A stretch of DNA of 52,584 nucleotides, filler included, from Sphacelaria rigidula (taxonomy: Eukaryota): assembly GCA_964200075.2 (NCBI GenBank). It is 3 parts of 3 records of this genome, joined end to end, with 100 filler letters (N's around TTAATTAATTAA, not from the genome) between each part and the next. Parts side by side here need not be neighbours in the genome. Positions count along the whole stretch, not along the records: positions 17,566 to 35,025 come from CAXNAA020001076.1; positions 35,126 to 52,584 come from CAXNAA020001077.1; 1 more part is not named here. The stretch is one strand, 5' to 3'. Below the pieces are notes generated by a model. That model saw only the letters and a program-made list of their open reading frames with translations, ran no database searches and was not told the origin of the DNA. This document shows positions 24,344 to 36,668 of this stretch, one piece after another. A program made the position numbers and the translations under genes. Each line of letters starts with the position of its first letter. The first letter of the stretch is position 1.

Positions 24344-27300
24344 TCAGAATCTTGTTAACAATTAGCACGGGCTATCGGCGGGCTTGACCCTTTTGGAACC
24401 CATTAACAATTTTTGTTTTTGTGAATCGGCATCATTTTCAGTCATTTTTAAGTCAAAGTGATGCCAATTCACAAAACAAAAATCGTCGATGGGTTCCCAA
24501 AGGGTAAAACGAACGATCGCTCCTATAATGGAAGATTCCCCCAAAAAAACTTTGTGTAACTGCACGCATAGTTCACATGAATACAGAGACTTTTTTGTTG
24601 GGCGAATATATAGAAAATAGTGTACGGCATCTGCTTTCAACGGCTGTGGCCATTCCTCGCAACCAATTCACGCTTTCCCAGTGCAACACGTTTGTCATGC
24701 ACCGTTACAGCACGCAATACGCTCGTCCACCGCTACAGCACGTTTTTGATGTACCTAGACGAACAATGTCTGGCTGCTGAATGCTGACGAGATCCGAGTC
24801 CCTCTGCGGGGCAGTGGTTGGCTCACGTCGTGCATGTCTTGTGACATTCGTGATTCATTTTCGTACAGCCCGTGCAGCGCGGCAAGAAGTGTCGTGTTGC
24901 ACCGTGCCGACTGGAAATCAATGCTTTCATTTCACATTCTTCAACGGCTTTGACACACATACCGTACGAACAGTTTAGAGAGCTTGCCATCGCTCTCGAT
25001 TGTAGCCTAGTACTGGTATACACATACATACAAACGTATATATATATATATATATATATATTTGATCGTGTCTGTGCCAGAGCTCAGTTATGGCGCTATC
25101 GTCTATAGTTACTGCTCGGCAAGCAGGGCGGGGAACGGTACTAAAAGCCGTACAATAATCTTGCGCATTTCATGACTCGGCGTTTGATGCAAGCTTTCCC
25201 TGTACGTTGCGAGAATGCACATCAGTGTCGGATCGTACACGGTAACATGACGATGCACTTCATTGGACTGCGATTACTCCGCTCGTGTCTTCACAAATGT
25301 CTACCCTTCGAGTCGGAGATGCATCCTTCATCTCTTCACTCTCGGGATTGTAGGGCAAATAACTGTTCCGAAAATATCCTCACAGCAGAAGGGCTTAGGC
25401 CGCGACAGGTTATGCCGACTGTTTCGTGAACATGATTGCCTCAACAAGAATTAACAGTGTGTGGGTGTCTGTATCGTTAGGATTTAAATATATCGGTAGT
25501 TGCGCCTTCGTGCGTCAGGCGAAGGATTTAGCCCGAGTCAGAATGATGCCCCCCGGCTGGTGAGGGGGCCTTGCTGAAAGCGCCGCCGAAGACAGGAATA
25601 ATATGCGACTTGGCTTCATCTCCCCTCAGAAACATGCCGAGCACCCTCGAGACACTGTCGTGCAGTAATAATGCCAGACATTCTCAGCAGAACAGCAGTG
25701 CAGCAGTGCAGCAGCTAAGAGAATGACACCAAATAAATTCATTTATGGACAAAACTTAATCAGCACCCAGCACAGCACAGCACAGCACAGCACACCTCAG
25801 GGGAAAAGACACGTCGACAGCAACATACACAAACAATTGACAGTAACGCTTTCGGTACGGACTAAGCGTCCCACCCTTGAAATAATTTATGCGCGATTGG
25901 GGTTAGTTTGTTCCGTTCCGTTCGATTCAGTCCAGTACTTGGTCAAGGGAATGACACATACGGCGCGAAATCCATCGCGAAGTTGACCTTGATTGTCCTT
26001 GCAGACGTACCACGACGCAGCACACACGCTTTCATCAGCAGGTAGCGGTGACACGGCCAGAACGTCAACAACACATCACCGACAATCCCACAAAATGGCT
26101 TGACGGGATATACTGGGATGTTCTGGGTAATACACATTCGCTCACATCACCTCATCTCAGGTTTCCCCGAAATTTCAAATAAAGATTACCCTTCATAAAA
26201 GTTTAATAAAAGTTGGTCTCAAAGGCTGCTCACGATACATCGGATTCACAAGTTGTATCTAATAGCACCACGCCGGCCGTACTGTTGATATCCACAAGTA
26301 TTACTTCTCGGCCCAGTCAGTCATTGCGGAAGGTTTACTCGGCTCTACCTCTAGCTCGAGGGCGGCTCGCTTAAAGCTCATGTCACGGATCGGAATAGGC
26401 AGCCAGACGCACTAACACATGTGAAAAGTGAAGCTGGTTCACTTCTTGAAACTGCGTCTCAGGACTCGGAGCAAGGACGTATGTGCGCTGTTTTTGAGAC
26501 ATTGGTTTTGGGTACGAGTTGACTGCGTGTCATAAAATCGTTTACTTATTTTATTTTCGTCTCCAGGAGACAGGTAGGACGGGTAGACATGTAGGAACCT
26601 TTACCGTGCACATCGCCATGTCTAGCTTTGTACAGCGATCTTGAGTGCGCTCCACCTCGCCGCTACTTCGAACTCAGCCCTCAAGCTAAATTGTCATTAA
26701 GACGGATCGGTGTACGGGTAGGCACGAAGGTGGGCGTGCCCCCCCCTCTCAGGTGGTCCCGGGCTTGGATGGTATATCATCCTCACCGAGCAAATCTCCT
26801 TGCGATGTTCCCCAGCTCGGCCCCGTACACGAGTCACCCTACTCATCGGGGCGTTGGTCCTGAAGAGAACTGATGTGGTGATCGAACAACACCAGTAAGG
26901 CGACTGATTCTTCGAGTTCCTCAGAGACCGCACCACAACCCTTAAGGACGTGTGTACAAAAGCAAACCATCCGTTCATCTCACCAGTTGTTTATGCGCTG
27001 TACACCACTCCTGCAGGTAAATACAGCTACTTACAACGGCCTTCACACTGCCTTGGTGGTTGTTTGCCAACATCTAATTTTTAAATATTCGGTCAAAAAA
27101 GGGGGAAGGAGGGCGACCATCATTCGTGACTCATACTCACGCTACTTCTTACTGCTGCTCCTTCACTCCTTTCATTGTTTCACAGGTAGGCAACACGATG
27201 TTTGTACGTGCTAGAAAGAGAGCGATGCTGGAATCCCGCGCTTGCAAGATTGATACCAAATTGTAAACACGAAACGGCCAGGTGTTTGATCATCTGCTGG

Positions 27301-28360
27301 GTCTTTGCCCTACACTGGACGTGGAGATGGACGCTGCGGCTACCATGCTAATACACACACAACCACAGAGTAACGCATCGGATGAAGTTGGCAATTTTCA
27401 TCTCGCGTAGTGGCCTGGTTCTTGTGCTCCTTTGCTGTTGAGCTATGCGACTATCGCCACTTTGCAAGCCTGAGAAGAGAATCAGCTTCAAAAATCGTTC
27501 TTCGGAAAAATGAAAGCATAGAGTTCGGTGTAATTTTCTACACATACATGCACGTCAGCTTTTCGCACGAGCTCTACACTGTCATGAAATCATGAACTCC
27601 CTCCCCAACGTGATTGTCACTTGAACCGCGGTTCCTTCGTCACCCTCGTATTGCACCTGCCCTTTATCCTATCAAGGGGTAGGGGATGTGATGCCTGGAC
27701 TGAGAGATACACCACCCCTTGGGCCAACCTACAGGACACGAGATGATTCCCAGATGTGATCAGACACAAAATCAGATGTCGTTGGTGCCGTATATAATCT
27801 GCGGTACTTCACTCACTCAACAGAGGAAGAAATGTCTTCAGAGAGAGGGAGCAGCCCCACCCGAGGACCTGAAATGGATAGACAGTCCAGGCGGATGGTA
27901 GGACAGGCAGCAGAGGGCACACAGCCACACCGTACAGTCTGTACTGGGGGATGGTATCGAGTGAAGACTGCAGAGAAGGGTGAATCCACGTTACCAGGAC
28001 CAGAGAACCACACCCCGGATAATGGCAATAGATGACGTTGTCAAAAAGTGTACTGTGTGCAGTGTCGACTACTGCGTCTATTGAAACAGACAATAGTTTC
28101 CGCACTGTACGCAGGGCACTTTTTTACAAGGTAATCTATGATCCAGGGTGTGCAGAAAACAGGAGGTACTCACCGCCGAGAACTTTTTTCCTTCTCTTGC
28201 CCTGCACTTCAAAACAGGTGAATACGAACTCGTTCTGTATAGAGAATGCCCTTTTTCGGGCACACCGCTTTTGTGTGTGTTGTCATCCCATCTACCCTGG
28301 ACACCAATCTACACCTCTCGGTCTATGTGGGCGCATCAGCCGAGGTTAGCCCCCTACCTC

Positions 28361-28710
28361 TACCCCAGTGGCTCAGTTGGTAACCTCAACTCCTTCTGGC
28401 GGTTGAGTCGTGGTTCGAATCTTGGTGCAGTCACATGATGTGTTTTTTTTCTCTCACAATACCCAGCAGTGGAGAGCAACTGTGTCGTGAGTACACAAAC
28501 TTCGACTTTACGGTGAACGAGGGAAAGGGACTGCTAAACCCTTCTCACGAAAAAAAAAGGCAAGCACCGCAGAGGAAAGGTGAAGTACTTGAACAAAATA
28601 AAAAATAACTCCTGTGTTGGCCTTCCTCCTGTGTGACCCCGGCTGATGCTCCCACATATACCGAAAAGTGTAGACTGGCATCCAGAATAGATGGGATGAC
28701 AACACGCATC
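28361..28710 (+). mobile_element. tRNA-derived SINE, apparently full length
   Basis: A-box TGGCTCAGTTGG (28369-28380) and B-box GGTTCGAATC (28412-28421). The 3' part recurs at 20091-20226 (+) and 28262-28346 (-). Confidence 0.75.
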
Positions 28711-29694
28711 GCTGTTGCAAGCATTGACTTCTAGTGTGGGGGCAGACTCTGAATGGGTGAGATCTGTAAAGTCAGCTCTGCGAAGTATATACTTTCCGCA
28801 CTCACACTTGCATGGTACAGGTCCTACTCTGTTGGTGTGTTTGCCCACCTTTTTTTCTCTTCTTCATCTTCCCCCTTTTTTTAAGCCATCAGAGCGAGCA
28901 TCTCTCCCCCTTGTCACTTTACCCTGGTGAGTATGTCTAATTACGCTGGGTATGTGTATCTTGCGACCATGTTTGGATTCGTAGCGCATCATCTGATCAT
29001 TTCATGTGCGACATGTGGCGATCAATCCATCAATCTGCGCGTCGCTCTGTCAAAATAGCACAACACCAGACAGGAACAAATAAATGCAAGGGTCTATTGT
29101 GCTACTCTGTACTGCGCTGTACAACCAATCCATATTGCAACTGCAACTGCAGACATTGCAGACAGTGGAGTACAGCTCCTAGACAGCCCAACTGAACAAC
29201 TGCACCATGACTGCGTTGTGCGGTCAGGGCAACTGTAGGGACTGTCGTATATAATGGCTTCCCCTAAACCACCCAGAGCAACGAAACCCCCATCCCGTCT
29301 CATTGAGAACAATCAAGCAACCAATGGCCACCCTCAATTCACGTTTTACTTATTTCCTGAAAAACGTTTTCCAGAGGGGGGGGCTATCTATAGTCAGGAC
29401 ACACTGCCGGTTCGAGATCGTGTTGTGGACCACCCCGTGAGCTACAATCTCAAGCTCGATTTTCTCGAAATTTGCGACATTCAAGCCGTCCAAACGGCCA
29501 CGACATCGGGTCACACCACCAACATAACTTGGTAGAATTCTTGTTATCCGCAGCATTGCAAGTGTTCGTATCCACAGTGTCTTTACTTACACGAACACTG
29601 AGGTTGAGCCAGCGATGACCCAAACGGGGAGGGTGTTATACTCCGTCATGAGCGGGACAATCAGTCGATAGGTTCAACACAACATGCTGCTCAC

Positions 29695-29815
29695 CTTCCC
29701 CTGGAGCACGAAAGCCGGACGTCTGACCATTGCTAGTAAAGCCTCCCGCCTGCTGCATGGCTTGTTGTTGCTGCTGGTTCCTATCCAAAATCACGTTTCC
29801 CCCTCTCAACTCCAT
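29695..29815 (-). CDS. CAF1: CAF1/CNOT7 deadenylase, probable first coding exon (MELRGGNVILDRNQQQQQAMQQAGGFTSNGQTSGFRAPGE)
   Basis: ATG lies 3 nt after a CAG acceptor. The G|GTGAGC donor (phase 1) fits the acceptor at 23763. Confidence 0.6.
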
Positions 29816-30269
29816 CACCTGCTCAAGGCCTGGCAAAGCTGGCTGTCGTCCAAGTAGACAATCTATATTATTAGAGGAAGTCAATGATCTTCTTTGACAA
29901 CATATAGGTGCGCACAGGAGATATATGAAGTTCAGAAGAAATCCGAAACACCGCCTCCGCTGCCGTGCTCTGCTGCCTGTGAACGCTAACGCTGCATGTT
30001 GTGTTTCTTCCTCCACGATTAGACCCGTGAAATCGCTTACGAGAGGGTCATCATTATCTGTCAACCGGTTGGAAGATGACACATCTGCGATGATCCTCCG
30101 AGCTCCAGGCCTTCTTTCAGAATGGTATTTTTCACCTGACCATTTTAGATCCAGTAACTCGAGTGGCGTTGCTGAGTAGTCTGTACTCTGGATATGTACG
30201 ACCATCACCAGTAATGATAAAACACTCTGTGCTCCGTGGAATCCAACGCATCCACATTTGACCCCCTGA

Positions 30270-30559
30270 ACGCCCAGGTCAGCAGTCGTACGCTCACAGA
30301 ACAACCTCTGACTGTTGGGGCAATACGCGTACAGGACGATGTGGCGTATGCTCGATGGAGCGACGTCGTTCATGTAAGAAAAGTAGCAGTTGCGATGCGA
30401 TATAACCCCCCCCCCACGCCCGGGTCAGTAGTCGTGCGCTCACAGGATAACCTCTGTTGGGGGGATACGCGTACAGGACGAAGTTGCGTGTGCTAGATGG
30501 AGCGACATCGTCCATGTAGAAAAAGTTGCAGTTGTGACACGATGTAACCCCCCCCCCCC
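30270..30559 (+). repeat. Two tandem ~145-bp units, each ending in a 10-12 nt C-run
   Basis: acgccc.ggtcag.agtcgt.cgctcacag...gatggagcgac...taacccccccccc at 30270-30415 and 30416-30559. Confidence 0.9.
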
Positions 30560-30764
30560 GCGCGCCCACCGAATATATATGAATATAAATATAAATAAAT
30601 TCTGATTGTTCGTATGTTTTTGGTAATTTTTGAACAAGGGAAAGGGTTGAAATCGTGGATTTATTCGAATGGTTTGTTTATTTTGGACAAGAGGGAGGCA
30701 GTGTAATAGTACAACGATCAAGGGTAGACGAAAATTCAAATCCCGCACACCTATTATGTACCCC

Positions 30765-31132
30765 CCTGTACAAGGAGGAACGGGACGCGCTAGAAGAGGG
30801 GGAAATGCGAGACGTGAACAAGGTGGCATGAAATCGTTTGATGCATTAGACAGTAGGGAAAAAACGATGGCTATAGTAGGAGATGGATGGTGGCCACAGA
30901 CGACGAAACATGACGAGGATAAGATATATATGTAAAAGGTTTTTGTGTGATGTATGGAAGAAACGTAATGAGCTTTTGAAGAAACGTACAGTAATAAGCG
31001 CCAGAAGGTTGGAGGTGTCTCTATTAGGAGTAGGAATGGTACTCCGTCTCGAAAGATATGCGTGGTCAATGGTCGAACGACTAAGGCAAGCAACAAATGA
31101 GTACCCCCCTCCCCTCCCCCCCCCCCCACCCC
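30765..31132 (+). mobile_element. Short 3' fragment of the same LINE family
   Basis: Colinear similarity to 3420-3745 (tacaag.aggaacgggacg; atgaaatcgtttgat; aaaacgat.gctata; ctccgtctcgaaag). C-runs on both sides. Confidence 0.85.
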
Positions 31133-31849
31133 GGAGGGCCCCCCAAAAGTTGAAAAAAATACGTGTATTTCAGCTTACATTTCCTTCCTTCCTCCCATAT
31201 AATGCACGTTATACGTCACGACTTGTACTCGTCGGGAATGTTGGAGACGATCCCCGACCAAGACCACCCCCTGCGTAAATCTTGGACAAAAGTTACGAAA
31301 AACAGCTATGATAGAGTCTACACATCTAAAACACTGCTTGTGTAAATCGGTAATAACGGAAGGAACCCATGATGAGCACCCTCGTGGCCAGTTCCAGTAG
31401 TTTAACTGCAGTTTCAACTTCATCAACAGTATAAACTGGTCCAGTTCACAGCCCTGACATAATAATATCTTCTTTTCTTTTTCCTTCATTCATTTTCTTA
31501 TAGTCTTATATTATTTTTACGTTCTCTAGTTTTTTCTTGATAATTATTTTTTTTTACATTAATTTTATATCTTCTTTTATTTCTTGTATTTCGTATATGT
31601 GTATTTTATTATTCCTATTTCATTGTTTAATTCTATTTTATTGTTTTATTTCTATTTTGTTTCTGCATCTACGTATCAGGGGGTACGTGGATCGTACGCT
31701 ACTCCCCACACATATCAAGTGGAGTATGCCACATCCGATGCGGACTCATTTTGTATAGAATTTAGTACGCGATCGGTTATAGAGGAGTTTGTATAGCGTT
31801 TTGGGGGGGAATGGTGCCCTAGTACCCGCCCCCATCCCACATCTCACCT

Positions 31850-33900
31850 ATACAATCGAAACGAACCAGCTGAAGATTCTCTCGAAAGAGATCGTGAGAG
31901 AGACGGTAGGGAAGGGCGGATGGAGAAGTAAAGAGTGGACTAGTTCTGCTGGTATTCGGAGCTCGGAGCGATATGACAAGAGTAGAGTTTCAGATGAAAT
32001 GCAATGGGGTTGGACTACTTCGAAGTATGTTGTTTGGCAAGAGGAGAAGTAGAAAGGGAGGGAGAACACTTCCGAGTCACGCTAAAACAGAGCGCGAGCA
32101 AGGAGTGGGGAAGGATAGAGACAAGCAAGATGTCGGCATGGGTTTGAAGAGGAGGGTGGAGAGTGTGCATTGCTAATGGAACAACAGACCTAGGACGTAG
32201 TCCATGGGTAAACGGAGAGGGAGAGAGAGGCAGGAACAGGTAAGCGCCCGGAAGGGAAAGGGGAGGGGACATAGCGATCCGAAGCAAATAGACAAAGACC
32301 AACGCAGAAACGGGGAGAACAACCAAGTAAGGGGAAGTAAAAGTAAAAGCGACGGAGAGAGAACAGTAGACAGCACGGGAGCAGATAGTGGTTCGGAACG
32401 GAAGTGAAGAATAAGATCGTGGAACCTGTGTGGGTTCGTCACAGACAAGCGTAAATGAGAAGAGATAGCATAACAAGTGAGTAAACACGACCTAGATATA
32501 GTAGGAATGCAAGAGCCATGGGAGAAAGATGGGGCGGAAATAGGATATAAAGTTGAAGAGTACGCATGAATAGGGAAGATGCGGAAGGGACAGAAGTCTA
32601 AGAGCAGGGAAGCGGGGGGGGGTAGAGTTCTTAGTCAAGGAACATCTGTGTGACAGTATAGAAGTGAGTGACGACCCGAAATTCGACGAGAGCATCTGGC
32701 TAAGGGTACCAGGAGAGCGGGGAACGAAGGACTTCTTCATAGGTAACATCTACATGCCCCCAGAATCGAAGAGTAGGGTGAACGATATGCAAGGAGGTTT
32801 GGAGAGATAGCAGCAGATGTACATACGTATAAAAGGCAAGGAGAAGTAATGTTAGTGGGAGGTTTTAGAGCTAATGCAAGAGGAGTAGAAAAAGCAGGTC
32901 AACCTGATATATCATTGGGCAAATAAGGCCGCTCCTTATAACAGTCAAGAATACAAATCTGGAAAAATGCCTTTTTGGAGCTTTTACGTCGTTTGACGCC
33001 TCAAAAGAGAGCTAGGCGGAGTTTGACACCTTGAAATGACTAGCTCTACTCGTTCAGGCGGTTCCAGAACATCTTCCGGTTTTCCGGTGGCCGCAGTTAT
33101 TATTTTGGCCACCCAAGAGTTTTTGTCCAAGAACGGTAAAAAGCAGTCGAATCTGGAAAACTCGCCACTTTTCTCTGGACTTGACTGCGTTTTACCATTC
33201 TTGGACAAAATTCTTGCTTGGCCAAAATGGAAACTACGACCACCGGAAAACCGAAAGATGCCCTGGAACCGCCTCAACTAGTAGAACCGGTCACTCCAAG
33301 GTGTCAAACTCCGCCTAGCTCTCTTTTGGGGCGTAAAACGACGTAGAAGCTCCAAAAAGACATTTTTCCAATTTTTAATTTTTGTCTGTTATTAGGAGCG
33401 GCCTAAATACGGGGAAGGTACAAAACACACGAATGGTGTAGAAATGCTGAAGTTCTTCGATCATAACGAGGGGAAGACGCTGAACGATAGAGTACAAAAG
33501 TCGGAGGCGCAGTGGATATGGACTAGAAAATGCAAAAACGAGATAGAACGTTCCGTTCTTGACTATATAGTGGTAGAGCATGGGAATAGTAAAGAAATGG
33601 AAGTATATGTATGCACGGGGGACGTGGGAACCACAGATCATTGCCTAATATGGACAGAAAGCCAACAGAAGAGAGCTAAAATAAATAGGCGGAGTAGGAA
33701 GTTGTACAAAGAGAGGATCGATAAACTTGATATGGAAGAAAAACGGCAAGAGTTCCAAGAAGAGATGACAAAAAATGCAGTGAAATTTTCCTAGCTGTTG
33801 GAACGCGTAGGTACAGTTGATGCCGAAATGGCAAGAAATCTGGCAGGAGCGAAGATGATAGAAGAATGGGAGCAGATGGTCAAGAACACAACGAGTAAAG
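31850..33900 (+). mobile_element. Decayed LINE 5' region with apurinic-like endonuclease domain, interrupted by a MITE
   Basis: Remnants DLDIVGMQEPWE, FFIGNIYMPPES, SVLDYIVV and TTDHCLIW are typical APE motifs. Multiple stops. Boundaries approximate. Confidence 0.8.
32926..33404. mobile_element. 479-bp fold-back MITE inserted in the LINE endonuclease
   Basis: Inverted arms span almost the whole element (AGGCCGCTCCT...AGGAGCGGCCT). AAATA lies on both sides. Confidence 0.9.
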
Positions 33901-35025
33901 TAAAACTCCTTTACTGAAGTTATCCTCAGAAGAAGCGAGGATTCGTGGGTAAAGCTCTGGCCGCTTTCCCGGCAGCAGAAGGGTCAGTGCAAAATGATGC
34001 TCGTCGAGCTCGAAAAGGTCGGTCGCCTGTGTCATTGCTTCCACAGCAGGCCGGGTCTGCCGTATGTGGCGAATTTTCTGTCATCTCCCACCGGCACAGC
34101 GTGGACTATGGCAAGGAGGCAGGGTGCATTCTGCCTGTGGGTGTCGGTAAAGGTGAGTGTTTGTTTGTTTGTTTTTGTTTTGGAGACTGCCGCGGGGTAT
34201 AATCAACTTTCGGGGGTCACTAGCGAGGCGGGGGCTAGCGCTTTGTACGAGATCTACCGCGCGTCAGCCTCGCGGGGTGGAGAATGACCGACGCGGAGGA
34301 GACATGTTTCGGAGTAGCGCCCCGGATGTTCTCTCTTCCCGCAGTGGCGTAGGTGCGCGGGCACAGGAGTCACTGGTGCAGGGCCAGCTGTCGCGGTGGG
34401 CGTCGGTCACGTCCGACAGACGCTGGGGATAAGGACGGTCCTGATGTGATGGTATCGCCAAATGGTATAGAGAGCCCAGAAGTTGAATGCGTCCAGGGTG
34501 AGGTAAGCATGTCGCGCCTCAGCGCTCGGGGCCTCCGGTGTACTCAGCGTCATTACCCAGAAAAGGGGACGGTTTCATGCGGTACCACGGTGGGGCCTGC
34601 TCTCTCGGGCTTCGGACCAGACTTGGGTGGGCCAGGCTTTGATCGACTTTCCTCGCGGAGGATCTCGGTGGACAGGCCAAACCAACATAACGCACTTTTG
34701 GAGAAGGTCACTTCGGGGACCAATGCGGGCTCTGTGCCATGCACTGCAGTTGATGTACCCGACCACGCGAAATCGTACAGTCCTATCCCGAGGCACGGGT
34801 ACATCCGAGGATGTTCGCCCTGCACGATCTGTGGCTGGTCATCTTGACAAAGATAGCCCGACTTGCGTGGAGGAGCATTTGTCTGCTTTGAACCCGTCAG
34901 GAAATCGTTCAACAGTTGTAGATCCACCCCCTCGTACCCCCCGATCCCATTCCCCCCCTCACCTCTAGACTCTTGGGTTGGCGTCAAGTGGCAACGGCGC
35001 TGTAAAAACAAGCCACCAAAACCTA

Positions 35026-35125
35026 NNNNNNNNNNNNNNNNNNNNNNNNNNNNNNNNNNNNNNNNNNNNTTAATTAATTAANNNNNNNNNNNNNNNNNNN
35101 NNNNNNNNNNNNNNNNNNNNNNNNN
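35026..35125. other. Scaffold gap with an artificial TTAATTAATTAA linker
   Basis: Same 100-nt layout as the first gap. Confidence 0.95.
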
Positions 35126-36055
35126 CGAAAGCCTGACGTGCTCCGTCCCGGCATTGTAGGGATACGAGGTCAATAGTCTTATGGCTATGGCATGCATGGT
35201 CGTGAGTACAACCCCCTTCCCCCTTCCCCCCCCCCACCCATGCTCCGGCTCGAACGAGATGCGTGGTCAATGGTCACACGACTAAGGCAAGCAACAAATG
35301 AGTACGCTCCCCGCCTCCCTCAAACCAGCCTTAAAACTGTCACGAACAAAATGGCCATACAGCGCATGATAGCTGGGTCCAGACTGCATGAAGCGCCTCA
35401 TATGGGCAACATTGACGAAGCTGATATCAAGCGTGGGAGTTCTCAACTGCTCGGTATCCTTGAATTTTGTCATTTTGATTCGCAAGTAGATTTTGCCTCC
35501 TCCAACCAGGCACGTCTCTGGGGGAGGGTTATGGCGGCATTTGGATGGGGTGGGAACCGCGCGGGCATTGCAAAAAAGCTACCTGTACTCCCGGGCCTTA
35601 TTGATTGCTGCCCAAAAGTTGAAAGCTGTGCCGTGAGCTTGTTACGCAATTGGCAAGCAAAAATATATTCGAATTTCCGTGTTTGTTTGGGCAGATGGCA
35701 TCATTGAGATATATGTAAATAATTGGATGAGATGTTTGGTGTTTGGTTGTGGTGAGCGGGATGGAATGCTATGCATATTTGGATCAATAGATCCATTTGA
35801 TGGGATGGGATGTTTGGTGTTTGGTTATCCGTTGTTTTGGGAATTATTGGACAAGGTGAAGCGAAGTTTTGAAACCAGGGGAAGACATTATGGATCGAAA
35901 ATATGTTCAATATTGGAAAATTTCCGCAAAACAGACTAGCGGTCGGCGCAAGTATATCGAAAGAAAACGAATGAACAGACCAGCGGCCCTTCGCAAAAGA
36001 GGAGCGTAAACACATTTTCTTTGTCGACCCCAGTGATACCTATTGTCGTACCCGA

Positions 36056-36410
36056 TCGAGCGGCCTGTGTAGTTGGTGAGAACGGTTCTCCGATCAAAGG
36101 GGACCTCAAGACACAGGGTCATAGGCACCGTCCACAAGGGGTCGACGGGGTCATACTTCCGTCTTCCTCGGTGCTGCCAGCCTGCGGCGCTGAGGACGTC
36201 AAGGATGTTGCATCTGGTCTCAAAACCTTGATCCGGACGGTTCAAGCTGAAAGCTTGAGATCGGGTGCGACCTCATCGGCCTCCTCAGCGTCGCAGGCTG
36301 GCAGCACCCAGGAAGACGGAAGTATGACCCCATCGACCCCTTGTGGGCGTTGTGTGCCTTGAGGCCCCCTTTGATGGGATAGCTGTTCTCAATCTCTACA
36401 CTGTACTCGA
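36056..36410. repeat. ~350-bp fold-back (MITE-like)
   Basis: caaggggtcgacggggtcatacttccgtcttcct...gctgagga pairs with tcctcagc...aggaagacggaagtatgaccccatcgaccccttg. Confidence 0.85.
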
Positions 36411-36668
36411 GACGTTGATGGCATTCGGTGCGGCCGCTATATAAATGTGCAGCACAATTGAGGCTATGTTGGGGGCGCCAGGAATAATGATGGGAAAGGG
36501 GTTGCGTGGTGGCGAGACAACTTGACATGTCAGTTCCTCCATCGATATTGATGGGAGATTGCAGGGCACTTATCGGGACACTGAGGTGTCATGGCGCCGA
36601 AGCGACGACGTGTGTCGATAGCAAATTGTTGTGGGGATATATATGTGATCAGAATATAAATGTACAAT

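Noticed and set aside
25540-25582. Intronic C/D snoRNA (ATGATG...CTGA)
   Set aside because: Imperfect C box, too short, and no terminal stem.
28361-28435. Functional tRNA gene
   Set aside because: A and B boxes are present, but there is no convincing acceptor or anticodon stem, and it continues into a dispersed repeat body. It is a SINE head.
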